Assembly: GCA_017633495.1 (NCBI GenBank)
Contig: JAGBPE010000235.1
Coordinates: forward strand, 1 to 38,277
Source of the DNA: Bacteroidales bacterium
Lineage (GTDB): Bacteria; Bacteroidota; Bacteroidia; Bacteroidales; WCHB1-69
Length of the DNA: 38,277 nucleotides
Reading direction: 5' to 3'
Part shown: positions 36,227-38,277 of the stretch, piece by piece
Layout of the letters: every line of letters begins with the position of its first letter
How positions within the stretch are numbered: the first letter of the stretch is position 1
Made by a program: the position numbers and the translations under genes
Notes under the pieces: generated by a model
What the model saw: only the letters and a program-made list of their open reading frames with translations
What the model was told of the DNA's origin: nothing
Databases searched by the model: none

Positions 36227-36814
36227 AATAATGTCTTTTTCCTCAATCAAGTTGTTCAATATCGCATACACCGTCAGCGCCGCCACAGATTTGATTCCCG
36301 TCTTGCGAACGATGTTCTTGCGGTGGGTGATGACGGTGTGGACGGAGATGTTGAGAGTGTCGGCAATCTCGTTGTTTTTCAAACCTTTGGAAAGGCAGAT
36401 GAGGACCTCTTTCTCTCGATCGGAGAGCGGGTCGGTGTCGGGTTCGTCGCTGTCCGATTGGAGGGTGTTGACCACCTGGTTGATGGTCGACTTCACCCGC
36501 TGCAGGTCGTCGTTGAGTTCGATGATGCCGGAGAACTGATGGAGCTGCTGGGATTCGAGGTAGGCGGTGACGAGGCCGATGAGGCGCAGCTCGGGGTAGT
36601 TGTCGAATTCGGCACGAAGGGTTGCGCGATGGGAATAATCGAACAGCAACGGATTGAGAATCAGGATGTCCGCATGCAACGCCGGAAGCCGGGAGAAGAG
36701 GGCGTTCAGGTTGTCCGTGGAGAAGACCACCTCCGAATCGGGCACATCGCGCAGGAGGCTGACAAGGCCGCTGCGCAACATCTGTGAGGGTTCTGCTATG
36801 GCGATCTTAATCAT
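36224..36814 (-). CDS. LuxR/NarL-family regulator with atypical receiver domain
   Basis: HTH LSDREKEVL...GLKNNEIADTLNISVHTVITHRKNI; receiver-like N-terminus with AEPS and DILILNP. Confidence 0.9.
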   Translation of the reverse strand: MIKIAIAEPSQMLRSGLVSLLRDVPDSEVVFSTDNLNALFSRLPALHADILILNPLLFDYSHRATLRAEFDNYPELRLIGLVTAYLESQQLHQFSGIIELNDDLQRVKSTINQVVNTLQSDSDEPDTDPLSDREKEVLICLSKGLKNNEIADTLNISVHTVITHRKNIVRKTGIKSVAALTVYAILNNLIEEKDII

Positions 36815-37526
36815 GGCTCTGCGATTCTAAGTACTGGATATATGGCAGCAAAATGCGGTCCTCCATCATGGCATGCTTCCCGATGTCGTTGGAAAGCGCA
36901 TACATATCTAACAACATATCAACACGTTCCGAAGAAGAGACCTCCGCCGGAATGTACTTCAGCAACAAATTGGTGAGGTCGTTGAGCGTATCCTCGATGT
37001 CGTCGTGCTGCTGCTGAAAAGCGGATTTGTGATGATGCTCGCCATTATCTGTCTCATTTTCTGACAACATCTGCCGCATATAAGGGAACACCACCTCCTC
37101 CTCATACTGAAAATGCTTCACCATCTCCTTCTTGAACTCCTTGTAGAAATTGACGATGAGCGTGCTGTACTTCTTGTCCATCGGATCCAGTAACGTATTG
37201 AAATGCTGCTCGATATGCGGCAATTTATACTCCAAATAATCCTTGTGGGAGGAGACGAGATAGTGCAAAATGTCGGTCATCGGACACTGCCGCAGCTCCT
37301 CAATGGAGGGATAGTAGTCCTGCTCGATATAGACGCGGCTGATGAGGGTGAAAAGCGTTAGCGAGACGTGATGCTCTGCACACAGCTGCTCCACGCTCTT
37401 CTCACCGAAACCAAGGGGAATACCCAAACGCGGCAGTACCGTTAACAAACTGTGGTACTGATTGATAGCATCAGCCATCTTCATTTTGGGAGATAATCGC
37501 GAAGGTAGATCGGAACGATTGTTCAT
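36807..37526 (-). CDS. Hemerythrin-domain (Ric/ScdA-like) protein
   Basis: SHKDYL, KHFQYEEEVVFP, QHDDIE, KHAMMEDRILLP ligand motifs; ScdA_N-like start (RLGIPLGFGEKSVEQLC). Confidence 0.85.
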   Translation of the reverse strand: MNNRSDLPSRLSPKMKMADAINQYHSLLTVLPRLGIPLGFGEKSVEQLCAEHHVSLTLFTLISRVYIEQDYYPSIEELRQCPMTDILHYLVSSHKDYLEYKLPHIEQHFNTLLDPMDKKYSTLIVNFYKEFKKEMVKHFQYEEEVVFPYMRQMLSENETDNGEHHHKSAFQQQHDDIEDTLNDLTNLLLKYIPAEVSSSERVDMLLDMYALSNDIGKHAMMEDRILLPYIQYLESQSHD

Positions 37527-37541
37527 ATTTCAAAATTTTGG

Positions 37542-37549
37542 CAAAGATA
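37542..37549 (-). promoter_or_regulatory. Housekeeping -7 box
   Basis: TATCTTTG on minus strand 15 nt upstream of ATG 37526. Confidence 0.65.
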
Positions 37550-37556
37550 CAATTTT

Positions 37557-37577
37557 TGGTTTAAGGTTTATGGTTTA
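37557..37577. repeat. Heptamer tandem repeat
   Basis: TGGTTTA AGGTTTA TGGTTTA between terminator and promoter box. Confidence 0.65.
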
Positions 37578-37587
37578 TAGTATGGAT

Positions 37588-37625
37588 AAAAAAAAGAGGT
37601 GCGGTTTCCCGTACCTCTTTTTTTT
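37588..37625 (-). terminator. Rho-independent terminator
   Basis: Minus strand: A8-GAGGTACGG-GAAA-CCGCACCTC-T8, just after the stop at 37644. Confidence 0.85.
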
Positions 37626-37643
37626 CCATTATATTTGTTCAAT

Positions 37644-38276
37644 TTATTTGCGGATCACCGGCCTCGTGCCGACGATGCCCTGTTCGGTGAAAATCTTAGC
37701 GAAATAGGTGCCCGTGGCGAGTGTGCTGACAGGAATCTCCATTACAGCGCTGTTCACGTCTACAACTTTCACCAACTGACCGTAAGCATTGTACAATTCA
37801 ACCTTCTCAAAGTTAATGCTCTTGCTTTCGAAATGAATAAAGACTCGGTCGGAAGCCGGATTCGGATAGACCATAAGAGGATCGTCCATATCAATAGTGG
37901 GCAAACCAGTGGGATCATAGTCATAAACCGCAATCTCACTGTTGACCATACCCTCCTTCATGGCGATGGCCTTGATAATGTAGTGGACATTCAAATAGAA
38001 TGGAACTGCGTCGGTGTACGCATAGCTGTTCTCATCGGGATCAGAACCATCAATGGTGTAATACATGGAAGCACCTTCCGTGGCGCAAGTGAGCGTCATA
38101 CGGTAAAACTCGCCGTCGCGTTGGAAGAAGAACTCCGGTGTGGCAACTGTTTCTAACGTAGAGATAATAATGTCGTTGTTGTCACGAGGATAAACCTGAT
38201 AGCCATACTGGGTGGAATAGCTGACAAAACCGATGACATCGGCGTGATCACCAGCGGAAATCTCCACATCAACCGT
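37644..38276 (-). CDS. T9SS type A substrate, 3' part (chitobiase/Fn3-associated domain plus Por secretion tail)
   Basis: YQVYPRDNNDI; VATPEF...YYTIDGSDP; VYPNPASD...LYNAYGQLV...GTYFAKI; frame open to the window edge. Confidence 0.85.
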   Translation of the reverse strand, partial: TVDVEISAGDHADVIGFVSYSTQYGYQVYPRDNNDIIISTLETVATPEFFFQRDGEFYRMTLTCATEGASMYYTIDGSDPDENSYAYTDAVPFYLNVHYIIKAIAMKEGMVNSEIAVYDYDPTGLPTIDMDDPLMVYPNPASDRVFIHFESKSINFEKVELYNAYGQLVKVVDVNSAVMEIPVSTLATGTYFAKIFTEQGIVGTRPVIRK

Positions 38277-38277
38277 A

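Overview
This is a gene-dense chromosomal segment of a Bacteroidota (Bacteroidales-like) bacterium. The assignment rests on repeated TAnnTTTG housekeeping promoter boxes, the bamD-rpoZ-coaBC-DUF4835/porD-recN gene order and T9SS C-terminal domains. Most genes are housekeeping or envelope genes (glyA 3' end, dprA, class A PBP, bamD, rpoZ, coaBC, recN, xseB, trmD, uvrC, murG, tRNA-Pro). No integrase, transposase, phage genes or CRISPR array are visible. The best candidate for an undescribed system is an ECF sigma factor with a probable autoregulated, leaderless promoter, paired with a membrane-anchored anti-sigma-like protein whose only folded extracytoplasmic part is a T9SS type B C-terminal secretion signal. 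This could be a sensor of type IX secretion. Other points of interest are a hemerythrin plus pseudo-receiver LuxR pair upstream of an active/inactive transglutaminase-like pair, 37-bp direct repeats bracketing the active transglutaminase gene, GTAG-type REP palindromes that supply stop codons, recurrent heptamer tandem repeats at gene junctions, and an apparently non-lipidated BamD. All family assignments come from motif recognition by eye; no database searches were run.
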